Part shown: positions 1 through 14,599 of the stretch, piece by piece
Layout: each line of letters opens with the position of its first letter
Position numbering within the stretch: the first letter of the stretch is position 1
Origin: the human T2T-CHM13v2.0 reference genome, Homo sapiens
Reading direction: 5' to 3' (one strand)
Length of the DNA stretch: 64,000 bases
Assembly: GCF_009914755.1 (NCBI RefSeq)
Contig: NC_060926.1
Made by a program: the position numbers and the translations under genes
The notes under the pieces: model-generated
The model's input: only the letters and a program-made list of their open reading frames with translations
Database searches by the model: none
What the model was told of the DNA's origin: nothing

Positions 1-594
1 GAGCACACTTTGGAATCAGATAGTCCTGGGTCTTAGTTCCCATTCTGCCCTATCTTAGGAGGAAGAACTGAGCTGGTTAATTTATCTCTGAGTTACAATT
101 CTTTATCTATAAAGACCTCTGTTATATGCTATTATGAAGTCAATGACAGCATCATTAACAGCTCTGCTGTGTCTGGCTTCTATCTTTCTATTCTGTCTTC
201 CCAGTATGTGGCTTCAATTTTCAAGGTCACCTAATGGTCCAAGATGCCCTTCAAGCTTCCAAATTCCAGGCTAGAAGGAGGAGAAAAGTCAAAATGGCAA
301 AACAAGGAGGCTTCTCTCAGATTAGTCAGCTCCTTCTAAGCAGCCTTCCCTGCCCACACAGTACACACTCTGCTTCTCTTTCACACATGGCCACACCAGG
401 CTGGGTGAGTGTCTGGGAAATCATCCTGTAGGTGCTTTTATTAAACTGAGTTCATGCTCACCCCTTCTAAATTAATTTGGGCATCTGTTACTAAGGAAGA
501 GAGAAAAATGAAGTCTGCTTCAAGAGCCTCTATCCTCCCAAGTCCCCTTCTAGGGCTTTCCCCATCACAGGCATCTCTTCTCTCAATGAGGACC

Positions 595-757
595 ACAGGC
601 AGGCATCCCTAGGGCAGGACTTTGGCTAGGGCACAAAATGTAAGGAGGGGCTCACACTCAGTTTCCTGCAACTGCTGGCCCTGCCCTTGCGTAAAGCTGA
701 GCTTGAGTGCCTCCTTACATTTTGCATCCCAGGCACCTTGCTTATCTCATCCTAGTC
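595..757. mobile_element. MER91/MER96-like palindromic hAT-Tip100 MITE
   Basis: Internal inverted repeat aaaatgtaaggaggggctcacactcag ... ctgagcttgagtgcctccttacatttt; ends resemble MER96-type TIRs. Confidence 0.55.
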
Positions 758-2689
758 CATTCTTGCCTTAGCGTTGCAAAACACTAACCCCTCTGTCCCC
801 TTTACCACATTGTGCAGGGCAATTTCTTCCCATGACATCTGGTTTTCCAAAATGGGGAAACCTCCTATGTGAGCGTCGAAATTTAGATCAGTTTGGGATT
901 CACCAATGCCCTCAGACCTCTGCATTGTCTGGGGTCTGAAGACCCTGCAGAACACATAGGCTGCACCCTCACAGCCACAGGACCCTGCCCCTCTGAGAGC
1001 AGGCAAACAGGTCTGGATGGCCAGTCTGGAGGCCACTTTACTGGGAAGGGCAAAGCCAGTCAGCCTTGTGGCACAACTTCTCATTGCTTTGGGTTTCACA
1101 ACTCCTGCGGCAGAAGAAAGAAAGGGCTGCAGCTGGCACTGTTCCCCTAGCCCCCACCCCTGCCTGAGTTCTTCCAGGAACACACCAACCGTGCTAACAC
1201 TTGAGTTTCACAAACCAGCTGGCCTGAAACAAGATTGGATACATGTGGGTTTCATACACAACGGGTTAATTTCTAGTCCAATTATAATAATGGTAATAAT
1301 TGGCCACACTCGGGGGAGCTGGCAATTACCACTATTTTTAACCTGCATCACTAAGGCAAATGGTTTTATGTTTAGCTGGTTCTCAGAGGGCTGAGTTTTC
1401 TCCAGCTGGGAAAACTATAGCAGAGTCACTGCCCATCCCTGTTTCCTTTGAGGTTCTTCTTCCAACATGGTATCACCTGCAAGTCCCAGGCTCATGGGAC
1501 CACCAGCCCGTTCCTCCCTTTATGCCCTCCCTTCCCAACTAGGTTCTCCAAATCAGCAGAGATTCGATTCATCACATCCCCATGTGTGGATACCCAGTGG
1601 CTCTTGAACCCTGATCGCCTATCTTACCCCACCATTCCCAAAGGAAATGTGTATTTCTAGTTTTATTTTGACAATTCTCTCTGAACCCAGGGTGGGCCTC
1701 CTGGCTCTGGGTGGTATCATCATGGGCTTGGCCTGTCTCGCAGCCTCTGCAGAGAGAGGTGCTGTTGGTGGGACACAAGGAGGGCTGTACCTACTGGGAA
1801 GCAGGAGGGAGGGGACAAGGCAAAGAAACACTCCCCACCTCTCATCTCTTGCCCCATGGAGAGATTCCTGGCAAATAACCTGGAAAGAGTCAAGAGCAGA
1901 CAAAAGCTCTGGGGAAGCATGACCCCTGCTTTGCACTGTTTCTTTCTGTGGCACCCACTCATGCCGGTCTTCTCTCTCCCCATCTATATGGTAAGCCCAT
2001 CAAGGCAGAGCCTGTATATTTTCCTGTTGTCACCCAGCAGTGTCTGATACCATAAGCACTTGTTAAATGAACAAATAGAATTGGGCATTTCTATAGCCTG
2101 GATATGTTCAGTCCTCACCAACCCGGGGTTCAAGTAAAGTCACACTAATGTTAATAATTGTCCCCTGGTCACATTACCAGTTATTCTGGTCCATTGCAAA
2201 AGTCTCCCCTCCCACCAGGAGAATTGAGGGATCCTCCAAGAGGTGTTTTCAATGCCCTCCAACCAGTCCAAGTCATCGTTGGGTGGCACAGCTGTTATTG
2301 GATAGTTGGTGACTCTGCTGTCACCTCTGCCATGAGGCTCCTCGGCCCACCCTTGACGTCATTGCTATGGAAGTGGCTGAGCTGGAGCTGTGCTGATGGT
2401 GCCACCATCGATTGCTGCTTTCAAGGCTGCTTTGTCCCCTGAGGTTCAGATCCTACTGGTTCTTCCTCCCTGGCTGGTGACAGAAGAGCAACCCCTGATG
2501 GAGTGAGAACAAACACGCTCACCTGTTGGGGGCAGGTTGCTGGGACTCCCAAAACATCACAGAGTTTGATAAGTTAATTCTTAAATCCAGTGGCTGGGTC
2601 AGGGCAGCAAGTTCAACACCACTGCCCACTCCTCTGTTCCAAATGCAGCCAGATCCTTCTTCATTTAGGATTAATTAAGGGGGATATAA

Positions 2690-3337
2690 CTTCGCGATTA
2701 CTACATAGCAGAGTACCACAAACTTAGCGGCTGTTATCCTGAGCAAATAGCACAGGACTGGCCTACACTAGGTGTCACATGAGGTTCCGTTTGGCCCCAC
2801 AGTCTCACAACATCAATCAGCTCACAGTCCTGTGGCTCAGTGGTGCAGGTGGGCTCAACTGGGTTCTCCGCTGAGTCTCACTCACTGAAGTCACGGTATC
2901 CACCGGGTTGGGCTCTTGTCTGGAGGCTCTGAGGACGGATCTACTTCCACTCACTCGAGTGGGTGGCAGGACTTAGTTCCTTGGGGCTGTGGGACTGAGG
3001 TCCCTGTTTCCTTGATGGCTGTCAGCAGGGGCTGCTGTCAGTTCCTCAATGCCAACAGCCTTGCCTTCATGGGGCGCCTCCATCCTCAAGCAAGCAACAG
3101 CGGGTCGAATTCCCCTCGTGCTTTCACTTTCTCTGCCTTCCTCTTCCACCAGCAACTGGAGAAAGCTCTGGCTTTAAGGCTCGTGTGATTAGATCAGGCC
3201 CATCTGGGTACTCGTTAAGATCAATGTTGCCATATAACACAATCACAGGTGTGTGGTCTCATCGTATTCACAGGCTTCAGGGGTTAGGATGAGATACTGG
3301 GGGTAGGGAGTGGACACTTTACAGATTCTGCCTGCCG
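2690..3337 (-). mobile_element. MLT1-family (ERVL-MaLR) solo LTR
   Basis: MLT1-like motifs taccacaaacttagcggct, ctcacagtcctgtgg, ggctctgagga and end cagattctgcctgcc. Confidence 0.6.
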
Positions 3338-3721
3338 TGGGGGCCGCCACCCAGCCCTTCATCATTGCATCTTTCAGACCCCTTTCCCCTCCCCCCATCT
3401 TTCACATCTGAATAGGCCTGAACCCTGAAGGTGGATGATATCAAGGAGACCTCATTGCAGTCTTAATGACCAATGGATTCTTCAGAGAAGGGTGCCATAC
3501 GGTGCAGCTCTCTGGATGTGTCTGAATCTCTCTGGCCAGGTTGGGCCCTGTGTAGCACCTGGCTTGGGCCCATCCCGTGCTGAGTGCTTTACATTTGTCA
3601 TCTCCGACAATCCTAACTGCCCTCTTGAGCAGGTGTTGCTGTCCCTGATGGTGAGATGAAGAAGCAAAAGCCCAGAAGGGTAAAGTAGGGAGTTCAAGTC
3701 CACTCTGCTAAGAAGAGGTAG

Positions 3722-4101
<380 letters not shown>

Positions 4102-4129
4102 TTTTTTTTTTTTTTTTTTTTGCATTTTA

Positions 4130-4525
4130 AAGTGTAATGTCCCTCTCAATATTTTATTATGAAAATATTTAAACATACAGAAGACATTAAAATAGTAAAC
4201 TGAGCACTGGTGCGCTTTTGATTTCAACAGTTGTTAATATTTTCCCATATGTGCTTTCCCCTCTCTGTCTCTCTGTGTATATCTATACATGCATATGTTT
4301 ATAAAAATATTTTTTGCCAAACCGTTTGAAATTAAGGTGAAGACCCCAGGATGCATCACGCCTAAATTTTCCTGCATACATCTCCTATGAATAAAGGTCA
4401 ACCTCTCACAGAACCATAATACACCACATCTAAGAAAATTGCAAGCAATCCACAACACCCTCTAGTATCCAGTCCATATTCAGTTTTCCCTAAATGTCCC
4501 AAGAGTGTCTTTTATGGCTGTTTTT
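4130..4525 (-). mobile_element. Old L1 (L1MC-like) 3' fragment
   Basis: ttttattatgaaaatatttaaacatacagaa ... cagtccatattcagttttccc, typical L1MC 3' UTR. Confidence 0.55.
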
Positions 4526-4623
4526 GTTGTGTTGTGTTTTGCCACACACAGATTGCCATGTTCTGCCCCTCCATGTCAGAGCAAGACAGGTGGGCTGGAG
4601 GTGAGACAAGAAGGAAGGCCCAG

Positions 4624-5001
<378 letters not shown>

Positions 5002-6440
5002 CTATTTAGGCTCTGGGGAAGGAAAGCTCACATCACTAGGCCTCTGTGTCCATAGAAAAGGGTTGGAGAAAGAACCTCCTCCTTGAGGCCCTTAGTGATA
5101 CCTTTGGTCGCTGACCTCCTGAGCTGACAGCTCCGACTCTCTGTCACTCTGTGGTTGCCACAGATCTGGACATGGCCATGCCCTGTCCCTGACGCTGGGC
5201 TGAGTTAGCGTTTCTGTGTATCCCTTTCATTCTGCATGCCGGCCTCCACCTCTGCATGCCGGTCCTTCTTCACCTCTGATTGATTGTCATTTATTACTAA
5301 ACACAGGCTTGGAAGGAACGGTGCCTATGAGTGCCAGGTAGGGGCACTGTCCCCAAGGATCAGGTAGGACATAGGCTGGGAGCCCAGCAGGTGTGAATTA
5401 ATGACCAAAGGAGCCAATGAACAGAGGAAGCTTGAACATGCCCAAGAAAGCCAAGCTCCTTGAGGGCAAGGTCTGTGTTTCCTAATACTGTGCTAGTCCC
5501 CGGCACAGAGGGGCCCCAGGCAGAACTTTAGTGACAATTAAGTCAGTAATTAGCAAAATTGGCTGTACAGGAAAATCATCTGGGAAGTGTTAAATCAATG
5601 CTGATTCCAACGGCATCCCTCCACATTCTTAATTAATTGGTCTATGGCAGGATATTGGTTTTAGCTTTTTAACTCTCCAGGTGATTCAAATAGGCTTGGT
5701 TGAGATCAATTATGTTAAATACATGAATAAAAATATGCAGCACAGAAAGACATCGTCTTACCTGCCTATTTGAGCCTCTGCGTAGCGTAACAGTCTTCCC
5801 ACAGCAATTAGGAGAAAGTCCAAAGCCCTTTGCACAGCCACCAAGGCCCTGTATACACGTCCTCCCCCCTGCGCCCTTGACTCGGGCCCACTGGGCCTTC
5901 TGCAAGCACCTGTGTTGTGCTGTGGTGCTTCCTCCAGCCAGGCCCTGCACCTGCTCTCTCCCTGGCACACCCTTTGCCTCACTATCTTTGCACAGCCAAC
6001 TCATAGTCTATTGCCCTTTGTGCTCCCCAGAAGCCATTCAGATCTTAGTTCAGACTGGGTCAAGTCCAATCTTCCAACTCCCATAGCACCAGCTGCCCCA
6101 GAGGCCCTTACCACAATTTGAATGTTTGTGCACTATTTGTTGAATGTCTGTTCTCCTTACAGAACTTGTGGCTCCACCAAGGGAGAGGCCAGGACCTGCC
6201 CCTTCACTGTCATGATGCTGGCATTCCTCATAGTGCCTGCACAGAGGAATTCAACAACTCTGTGAAATGAATGACTGTTGAAACAATGAAAGTAATATTG
6301 CTCATGGAGTCGAAAGCTCCAGGCTCAAACGCTTGCTGTTGAAACTAAGTGGCTGTGCAACCTGAGGAGAGCTTCTTAATCTTTCTGAGTCTTCCTTTTC
6401 CTCTCTTAAGGCTATTGTGAGGACTAAAAATGACAACTAC

Positions 6441-6752
6441 GGCCAGGTGTGGTGGCTCACGCCTGTAATCCCAGCACTTTCGGAGGCCAAGACAGGTGGA
6501 TTGCTTGAGGCCAGGAGTTCAAGACCAGCCTGGCCAACATGGCGAAACCTTGTCTCTATTAAAAATTAAAAAATTAGCTGGGCGTGATGGTGCACACCTG
6601 TAGTCCCAGCTACTCAGGAGGCTGAGGTGGGAGAATCGCTTGAACCTGGGAGGCAGAGGTTGCAATCTGAGCTGAGATTGTGCCACTGCACTCCAGCCTG
6701 GGCGACAGAGTGAGACTCTGTCCCTAAAAATAAAAATAAAAATAAAAATAAA
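6441..6752 (+). mobile_element. AluS
   Basis: Full dimer, (TAAAA)n tail, TSD aatgacaact. Confidence 0.95.
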
Positions 6753-6785
6753 TTTTTAAACAATGACAACTTACATAAAGCATGG

Positions 6786-7328
6786 TGTTGGTCTACTCTT
6801 TTGTTGCTATAACGAAATACCTGAGGCTGGGTAATTTATAAAGAAAACAGTTTTGTTTGTTTGTTTGTTTGTTTTTTAAGATAGGGTCTAGCTCTGTTTT
6901 CCAAGGTAGAATGCAGTGGTGCAATCTCAGCTCACTGCAGCCTCTGCCTCCTGGGCTCAAGTGATTCTCCCACCTCAGCCTTCTGAGTTAGCTGGGACTA
7001 CAGGTGTGCACCACCATACTTGGCTAATTTTTGCTAGCCAGGCTCAAGTGATCCATCTTGGGCTGAAGTGATTCATCTGCCTTGGCCTCCCAAAGTGCTG
7101 GGATTACAGGTGTGAGCCACTGTGCCTGGCCAAGAAAAGAGGTTTAATTGGCTCACAGTTCGGCAGGCTTTACAGGAAGCATGGTGCTGGCATCTGCTGC
7201 TGGTGAGGCCTCAGGAAGCTTCCAATCATGGCCCATGACCGAAACACCTCCCACTGGCCCCACATTCAACACCAGGAATCACATTTTAGCATGAGATTTG
7301 GAGGGGACAGAACATGCAGACTATATCA
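6786..7328 (-). mobile_element. MST (ERVL-MaLR) LTR split by an Alu
   Basis: gctataacgaaatacctgaggctgggtaatttataaagaaaa | gaggtttaattggctcacag ... cagactatatca. Confidence 0.8.
6851..7131 (-). mobile_element. AluJ-like with internal deletion, inserted in MST
   Basis: Alu consensus; part of left monomer missing; TSD aagaaaa(c/g)ag. Confidence 0.85.
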
Positions 7329-7329
7329 G

Positions 7330-7690
7330 GCATTCACTCTAGGGCCTGCCAAATACCAAAATGTCTGTCAATGTTAGTTTTCTTTCTATTCCTTCAAGGA
7401 ATGCTTATAATCCCCAGCAGGAGTGGAGTGAACATGTCGATTCTGTCTCACACACACAGCACATGGATGCCTGTGCAGGGAGGAAGGAAAAATACCTTCA
7501 GACTGAGCTGGTTTGGAGAGACAGCAGCAGCAGCATCTCCCTAGAGCATCCTTCTCCCCATGGAACTCACCCCAGGTGAGCCAGCCAGTCACCCAGCCCA
7601 GAACAGTGCTACAACGACGGGTTCGACCCTGTGGCTCTGAGGCCCCGATTTCTTTCTTTATTCTAGAAGCAACATATTTCCTTTCTTTAT
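7330..7690 (+). pseudogene. Possible cadherin-repeat relic
   Basis: ORF 7314-7544 contains SGVNMSIL and VQGGRKNTFRLSWFGE, similar to EC motifs DxGxNxxI and GNxxxFxIxxxTGE. Confidence 0.35.
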
Positions 7691-7699
7691 TCTAGTAGC

Positions 7700-8213
7700 T
7701 GAATTCTAAGATCACTCCCACGTTCCCACCCCATTATATATGTCTTGTAGAATCCCCTCCCCTTGAGCGTGGCTAGCATAGTTACTCCCTTGATGGGGTT
7801 ATTTTATATAAGACTCTGTCATAGCTGACTGGAGAGAGAATCTCCTACTGGCTTTGGAGAAGGAAGTCACCATGCTATGAGGAGTCCACAAGGCCAGACC
7901 CTGAGGGCGGCCTCCAGGAGTTGAGTGTCAGCCTCAGTTGGCAAACAGCAAGAACATAGGGACAGACCTCAGTCCTACAACCATAAAGAAGTAAATTTCA
8001 TCAGCAACTCAAAAGGGATTGGAAGAGGACCATGAGCTTCACATGAGAACACAGCTTGGCCAACACGTTGATTTCAGACTTGTGAGACCCTACACAGAGA
8101 ATCTGGTTGGACCATGCCCAGATGTCTGCCCCACAAAACTGCAAGATAATAAATAGACATTGTTTTAACCTGCTAAGCTGTGGTAATTTACTACAGAGCA
8201 ATAGAAAACAAAT
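7700..8213 (+). mobile_element. MLT1-family LTR
   Basis: gaattctaagat..., ctcagtcctacaaccataaaga, end ctaagctgtggtaatttactacagagcaatagaaaacaaata. Confidence 0.75.
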
Positions 8214-8897
8214 ATGTGTGCTCATAAAAAATAATTAATATAGGAATTTAGGCATAAATAATTCTCCCATATCACTATCACCAACAGACACTATTGTTTT
8301 TCCTGTTTCTGGTGAGGCCAGATATTGTTATGTTTGCAGTTTTTTTTTTAACATGGTAGTAGTCATACTGTATAAACACTTTTCTAATTAATTTTAATTA
8401 GCTCTACAGCTAAAACATTTTACAAGCTATAACATATTTTTATAAACTTCATTTTTAATGACTGCATAATAGCCCATTGAGAAGCTATGTCATCGTTTAC
8501 TTAACCTTCCTCTGTGGTGTGACTTTCAGTTGCTTCTAGATTTTACTCTTCTAACTCAACAGTTAATGCTTTTGTGGGATAAAATTTCCCTTCATATTTA
8601 GGATTATTCCTTTAGGTTAACTCTCAGGCCTACTAGTCCTCTGATTCACACTGTCTTTTTAATTTTTCCCAATCTATTACATATTTTCTAAATTTTGTAC
8701 ACCATTCATATGTCATGTGTATCATATCAAAGAGCCTAGAGAAAATTTTCCTCTGTGTGTTCCTCACTGGGTGGTTACAATGGAGAAATTACAGGGCAGG
8801 ACTAGCATTAGGGTGAGGAGAGCAAGGCACTCAGGCGCAAAACTTAAGGGGGCACCAATATCCTCAGTGATCAAGAGAAGTAATATTGTCACGTAAC

Positions 8898-10001
8898 TGT
8901 ATTAGCTTTTTAGGGCTACTACTGTAATGAAGTACAGTATTCTCTCTTATCCATGGGGAAATGCATTCCAAAACCCCCAGCAGATGCCTGAAACCACAGA
9001 CGGAGATAGTACTGAACCCAAAGACACAGTTTTATCCTATACATACATAACTATGATAAAGTTTAATTTATAAATTAGGCACAGTAAGAGATTAACAATA
9101 GTATTCAAATAGAATAATTATAACAATATACTGTAACAAAAGCTATGTGAATATGGTCTTTCTTTATCTCTCTCAGTATCTTACTGTACTACACTCACCC
9201 CTCTTCTTGTGATGATGGGAGATGATGCAATGCCTACATGATGTGAATGGAGGTGAATGATCCAGGCATTGTGACATAGCATCGGGCCACTCCTGAGTTT
9301 CTGATGATGTCGGAAGGGAGGATCATCTGCCTCAGTTGATTCTGGATCCTCAAGCCATGATGATGTCCACGGTTGAATGTCAGGAGCAGACGACGTCAAT
9401 GACAAAGGGATGTTCCATGTCCGGGGCAGGACAGCACAAGATTTCATCATGCTCCTCAGAATGGTGTGCAATTTAAAACTTTTGAAGTGTTTATTCCTGG
9501 AATTTTCCAAGTTGACTACAGAACTGAACCCTCAGAAAGCAAAACCTTGGGTAAGAGGGGACTATTCTATCACAAGCTCAGTAGCTTAAAACAACAGACA
9601 TTTATTCTGCCACAGTTCTAGAGGCTATGCATCAGAAATCAAGGTGTCAGCAGGACCGTGCTCCCTCTGAAGGCCCAAGAAAGAACCCTTCCTTGCCTCT
9701 CCTAGCTCTGCTGGCTGCTGGCTGTCCTTGGTGCTCCTTGGCTTGTAGCTGCATCACTCCAATTGCTGCCTCACTCCAATTGCTGCCTCTGTCTTCACAT
9801 TGACCACCTTCCCCTTGGGTCTCTGTGTGTTCACACAACCTCCTAATAAGGACTGCAGTCTTTGGATTTAGACTCCACTCTAATCTAGAATGACTTCATC
9901 ACAACCAATTACATCTGCAAAGACTCTATTTCCAAATAAGCTCACATTTTGAGGTTTGGAGAGGACATGAATTTTGGAGAGATACTATTCAACTCAATAG
10001 A
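8898..10001 (-). mobile_element. MLT1B/C-like LTR, nested in MER96B and split by MER44
   Basis: tgtattagctttttagggct...aagta | tcacaagctcagtagcttaaaacaacaga...gatactattcaactcaataga. Confidence 0.75.
8935..9567. mobile_element. MER44 (TcMar-Tigger)
   Basis: TIRs cagtattctctcttatcc / gggtaagagggggactattc with TA TSD (8933-34, 9568-69); MER44 internal gatgcctgaaacc...atagtactgaaccc. Confidence 0.8.
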
Positions 10002-11814
10002 GGAATCTTTTTTAAAAAAAATCAAAATCAATGCAAAAAATCCATAAGGAACAAAATTTCAAAATTCTAAATAAAGACAGAATCCACCCCTGCAGAAGCA
10101 TGACTCACCTCATTGGCCTCTCGCTAGCCCCAGCCTTGGCTTCAATGAGATAAGCTCTTTAAAAAGCCTCCAGGACAGTGTTGGGTAGCTATTAATAGAA
10201 AGACACGGTAAATGTTGGTTGCTTTCTCTTCCTTGTCCATATCTTTATGGGTTTAATCAATTTCTTCTATCTCTTTGCTTTATATATATTTTCATGAGGG
10301 ACTCTTATCTATTTCTGGAGTTTGGACACTCCAGGTGTCAACAAACATGTTTGTGGCCCACTTTGCATCAATTTGGTCATAAAGGACTGGTAAACAAGCA
10401 CTGCTGGAAATGCTTCTTTTTCCCCTTGTATCAGCCGTTCATACTGAGATGACTCTATTCTTAATGGAAAAAAAATCCACTCCTAGAAAACAGATGGAGC
10501 CAGTGCTTTATGCCAGGTGAGATCTGATTGCTACCAGTGAATATCAGAGACAGAATCAACACCAATGGGGACAAGAAGAAGCCTCCCCAGGGCTCCAACC
10601 CCCTGCAGAATCCTAGCAAAACAGACCTGTTAACAAAAGCCCTTCTTAACATTCCGGTCGTTTGTGCTGTAAACTTGGAAAGGTTTCCAGAATTTCCAGA
10701 AGCGCCTACCTCTACCTTTACAGAAAAATACACAATCTCTGCTTGTATGTTGGTTTCTCAGCAAGAGAACATAAGAAATTGCGCAGCCTGGGCTGCAGTG
10801 ATTCAAAAAGTAGGTCATACATATCCTTGAATCCGATTACTGAGGCCAACGGCTGGCAGAGGACAGGACAGCAAGCAGGTTCTACATGGTTTATTTTTCT
10901 TTCCTTTCCGGAGTCATAGATACAAAAAGGACTGAAGTCTTCAAGTTTCTCTCACCCTGAAAAAAGAAAGGGCAGAGAATTCAATATTATTAATATCTAC
11001 GGATTTTTTTAGTATATAAAGAGTTGTGTGCACTTTCTAAATGTAATTTCTGTGAAATCAAACTGACAAGGTTGATAATGAATCATCCTTGGTTTTGAAA
11101 CTAGGAAAGTCTGAGAGAGACATGTGACCCGCTCAGCGTGTCCCCACCCATATGGGTGATCATGCCATCAAACACTGGAATTCTCCATCTGGTTCAGGGG
11201 CTACATGAAAAGTAGCAGTTATAGTAGAGTCAGACCCTACAAATGACTATTCTTCCTGAGGAGTCAAAGACTTAAAATTGTTCTATATCACAAGTGTTTA
11301 AGATGGGCATAGCCATCACCCATGCAATTCCCCTTCTAGAAATGTGCCCCAAGGAAGCAATCAATAATGCGCTCAAAACTTTAATCTGTAAAGCTGTTTA
11401 TAGCAGTGTTCTAAATAATAGTGGAAAATGGGAAAAAATACCCCAAATAAGTGGTGGTTAAATAAATTAAAATATACTTATTGTTAAAGTATCCCCGGTT
11501 TTCCAGCCTTCTGTAATTACCCAAATGCATAATATTCCAATAAAACAACTGAACTACCCATTCTTTATGAGGCAGGGATTTTTGAGTATTTCTAAAAATT
11601 CACAGGGAGTAGCTGTCACCTCTGGTGTTCATGTTGTTTTTGGCTTCTCATGTCTTTTGGCCACATTTTTATCCCCTTTCTAGTTTACCAGCAACATGGA
11701 AACAGTCCCCTTCATTAATTTCTCAAGGCATCACTTAGATGTGTAATTAAAACTTCTATCTCCAAGTCAGACCTCAGTATTCCTAAATCCATCTCTCATA
11801 CTTTAAGTTGCTTC

Positions 11815-12541
11815 TGTTAACAGTGGCAAATCGTACGGGTCTGCAGCAACTCAATTCTTGCCTCTTCAGAGGAAATAGTTCATCAAAGGGGCATAAAGCT
11901 GAGTGAGAGACTGAGGCAAGTTTTAGAGCAGGAGTGAAAGTTTATTAAAAAGTTATAGAGCAGGAATGAAAGGAATGAAGTACACTTGGAAGAGGGCCAA
12001 GCAGGTGACCTGAGAGATTCGAGTGCCCTGTTTGACCATTGACTTGGGGTTTTATAGCTTCCATGCTTCCGACATTTTGCATCTTTCCTCCTTTGAGTTT
12101 CCCTTGAGGCAGGCTGTGCACATGCGCAGTAGCCTGCCAGCACACATGCGCAGTAGCCTGCCAGCGCCTGGGAGGGGCTGCATGCGCAGTGTGTTTACTG
12201 AAGTTGTGCACATGCTTATCTGAGGCATTCTCCCCTTGCCAGTGGAGCGTTCCTATAGGAAGGTCACACACCCGTTAAGTGCCGCCATTTTGCCTTTTAG
12301 GCATTCCTGGGCCCTCTCGCCCAACTTCTAAGATCTTATTGGGAGGCTGATCACCAGCTTTAGCTGTTTTCTATCTATTGGGAGACTGCCTTTCCCTGGC
12401 ACCAGCTACAACCAATTATTATTTTAGCGAGACAATTTAACAACCACCTGACCATCACCTGATGGTTGCCTAGCATTCTTGTGGAGGTGTTGGGGGGCCT
12501 CTCCTGCCCTGCTCCTGCTTGCCTGGATACCTGCTTAAACA
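11815..12541 (-). mobile_element. MER50-like ERV1 solo LTR
   Basis: TG...CA ends, 727 bp, 4-bp TSD cttc (11811-14, 12542-45); gagactgaggcaagttttagagcaggagtgaaagtttatt. Confidence 0.85.
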
Positions 12542-12656
12542 CTTCTTGCTAGTCATCTCGCCTGTTTGTCCTGGCCCACCTCCCCTTGGTAGACTACACT
12601 CTTACATGTATCTAAGTTCTTCTCAAGTGCCTGGGTCCTAGGCCTGTAATCCCTGA

Positions 12657-13022
<366 letters not shown>

Positions 13023-14411
13023 ATCTCCCTTTTTGTCTCAAACTATGGCCCTAATGCAGGCATTGGTCCCTGCCTTTGCGTATTCAAAAGGCCCATAGAA
13101 GTGTTTCTTTGATCCCAGTAACAACAACAATGAAAAGTCTCCCTAAAATGAAGTTTGCCACCACCACACCCTAGAGAAACCAAGACAAACTGCCAAAAGG
13201 TTTTAAAATAGCAATTTATTTTCCTTCCCACCACACATTTAATTGAATTCCTCAGAGCCATTAAAAGTCATGTTGTAGAAAAGTATTTAATGACATGGAA
13301 ACAGTGCTCATGGCATATGGATAAGTGACAAAAAAAGACCTATCTAAAAGTACGTGCAGTAGAATCCAAATTATATAAAAATTCTGTATATATTTGATTA
13401 TGAAAAGAGGGGAAGATTTGGAAACATTGTTGTGTTTTCCTATTTTACCATCCTACATCCATCTGCCTCAGGGCAAGGCATTGTTACAGATGCCAAGAGA
13501 AAGAATTGCTGTTTCGTTGTTGACATTCACAATAGGATTTTACCCGAGATAGGCCTGAAAGCTGGGAACTGGTGACAATGGACCAGTCAATACATCAGCG
13601 GCTTTGCTTAAGAGATTGGAGGGAAGATAAATGGAGAAAGAGTGGGGAAGATGTTCCGGGAGAAGAAACTGTGTCCCAAGAGCTCACGGGACCACTGAGG
13701 TAGACAGGACTTGAACCTACTCTCCCCTTGGGGCTCAGGGAAAGAACTGCTGTGCAAAGCACCCTGTGACACATGACCTGACCCCAGCTTGGCTAAAAAG
13801 GCAGAAAGTCACTGCTGATTGGCATAAGCATCATGGGCAGGGACCCTGAGCTAAGACCTGGACAGGGGACAGCCTATGTGGACCAACTGGGTCAGGGCAA
13901 GTGGAAGACATGGAAGAAACCCAGGGTCTACAGTACCCATGGGAGTTAGGAGAAGACCCTAGGTAGCAGGGGGAGGCCCCTGGATTCTGAACAAGCTGAG
14001 GGAGAGAACAGGACACATGTCAGCAGTCCACAGATGCCTGGGAAAATGCCAGCAGAATGTCTAAAGATGAGACCAGGCTAGCTGTATCTCAGCAACAGCA
14101 GGCAGCACCCCTGGAGGTGCCAGCACAAGGCAGGGGTCCATCTAGCCATGTGGACATGTAAGGATCATCCCCTGATCTCCCAAATGTCATTATGAGAAGA
14201 GATGCGTGAGACAGGCAGGGAAAGAATCTAAAAGCCTGAGCAATTGTCCCAAGAAGATGACGTTAAATCTAAAAAGACTATAAATTGTGGGCTTGGATTA
14301 AGCTTAAACTCAACTGAGCTAAATTGAGGCGCTCTTCTAGCAATCCCTCAGAGCAGATGAGATAGGGGTCAGGAGGGGGCACTGGTTCAGAGGGTCCGAT
14401 TCATTATACAG

Positions 14412-14599
14412 CAGTAATTCTCAGACTTTGGTGTGCATTAGAATCACCTAGAGAGCTTATTTGATCACAGATTGCTGGGCTAACCCCTAGAATTTCTGAT
14501 TCCCAGAAGATCTGAGGTGGGACCTGAGAATTTGCATTTCTAACAAGTCCCAAATGATGCCAATGCTGCTGGTTCAGGGATGACACCTTGAGAACCACG
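14412..14599. mobile_element. MER5A (hAT-Charlie)
   Basis: cagtaattctcagactttggtgtgcattagaatcacc ... acaccttgagaaccac. Confidence 0.85.

Larger units (their letters stand above)
8792..10138. mobile_element. MER96B-like hAT element split into 8792-8897 and about 10005-10138
   Basis: cagggcaggactagcattagggtgag...gcgcaaaacttaagggggcacc resumes as aaaatcaaaatcaatgcaaaaaatccat...ctagccccagccttg. Confidence 0.6.

Noticed and set aside
9754-9787. Micro-duplications (17 bp here; about 20 bp near 5231; about 23 bp near 62845)
   Set aside because: Ordinary slippage duplications in neutral sequence.
10684-10702. Heat-shock-element-like TTCcaGAAtTTCcaGAA
   Set aside because: Central spacing is 1 nt rather than the 2 nt needed for contiguous nGAAn units.
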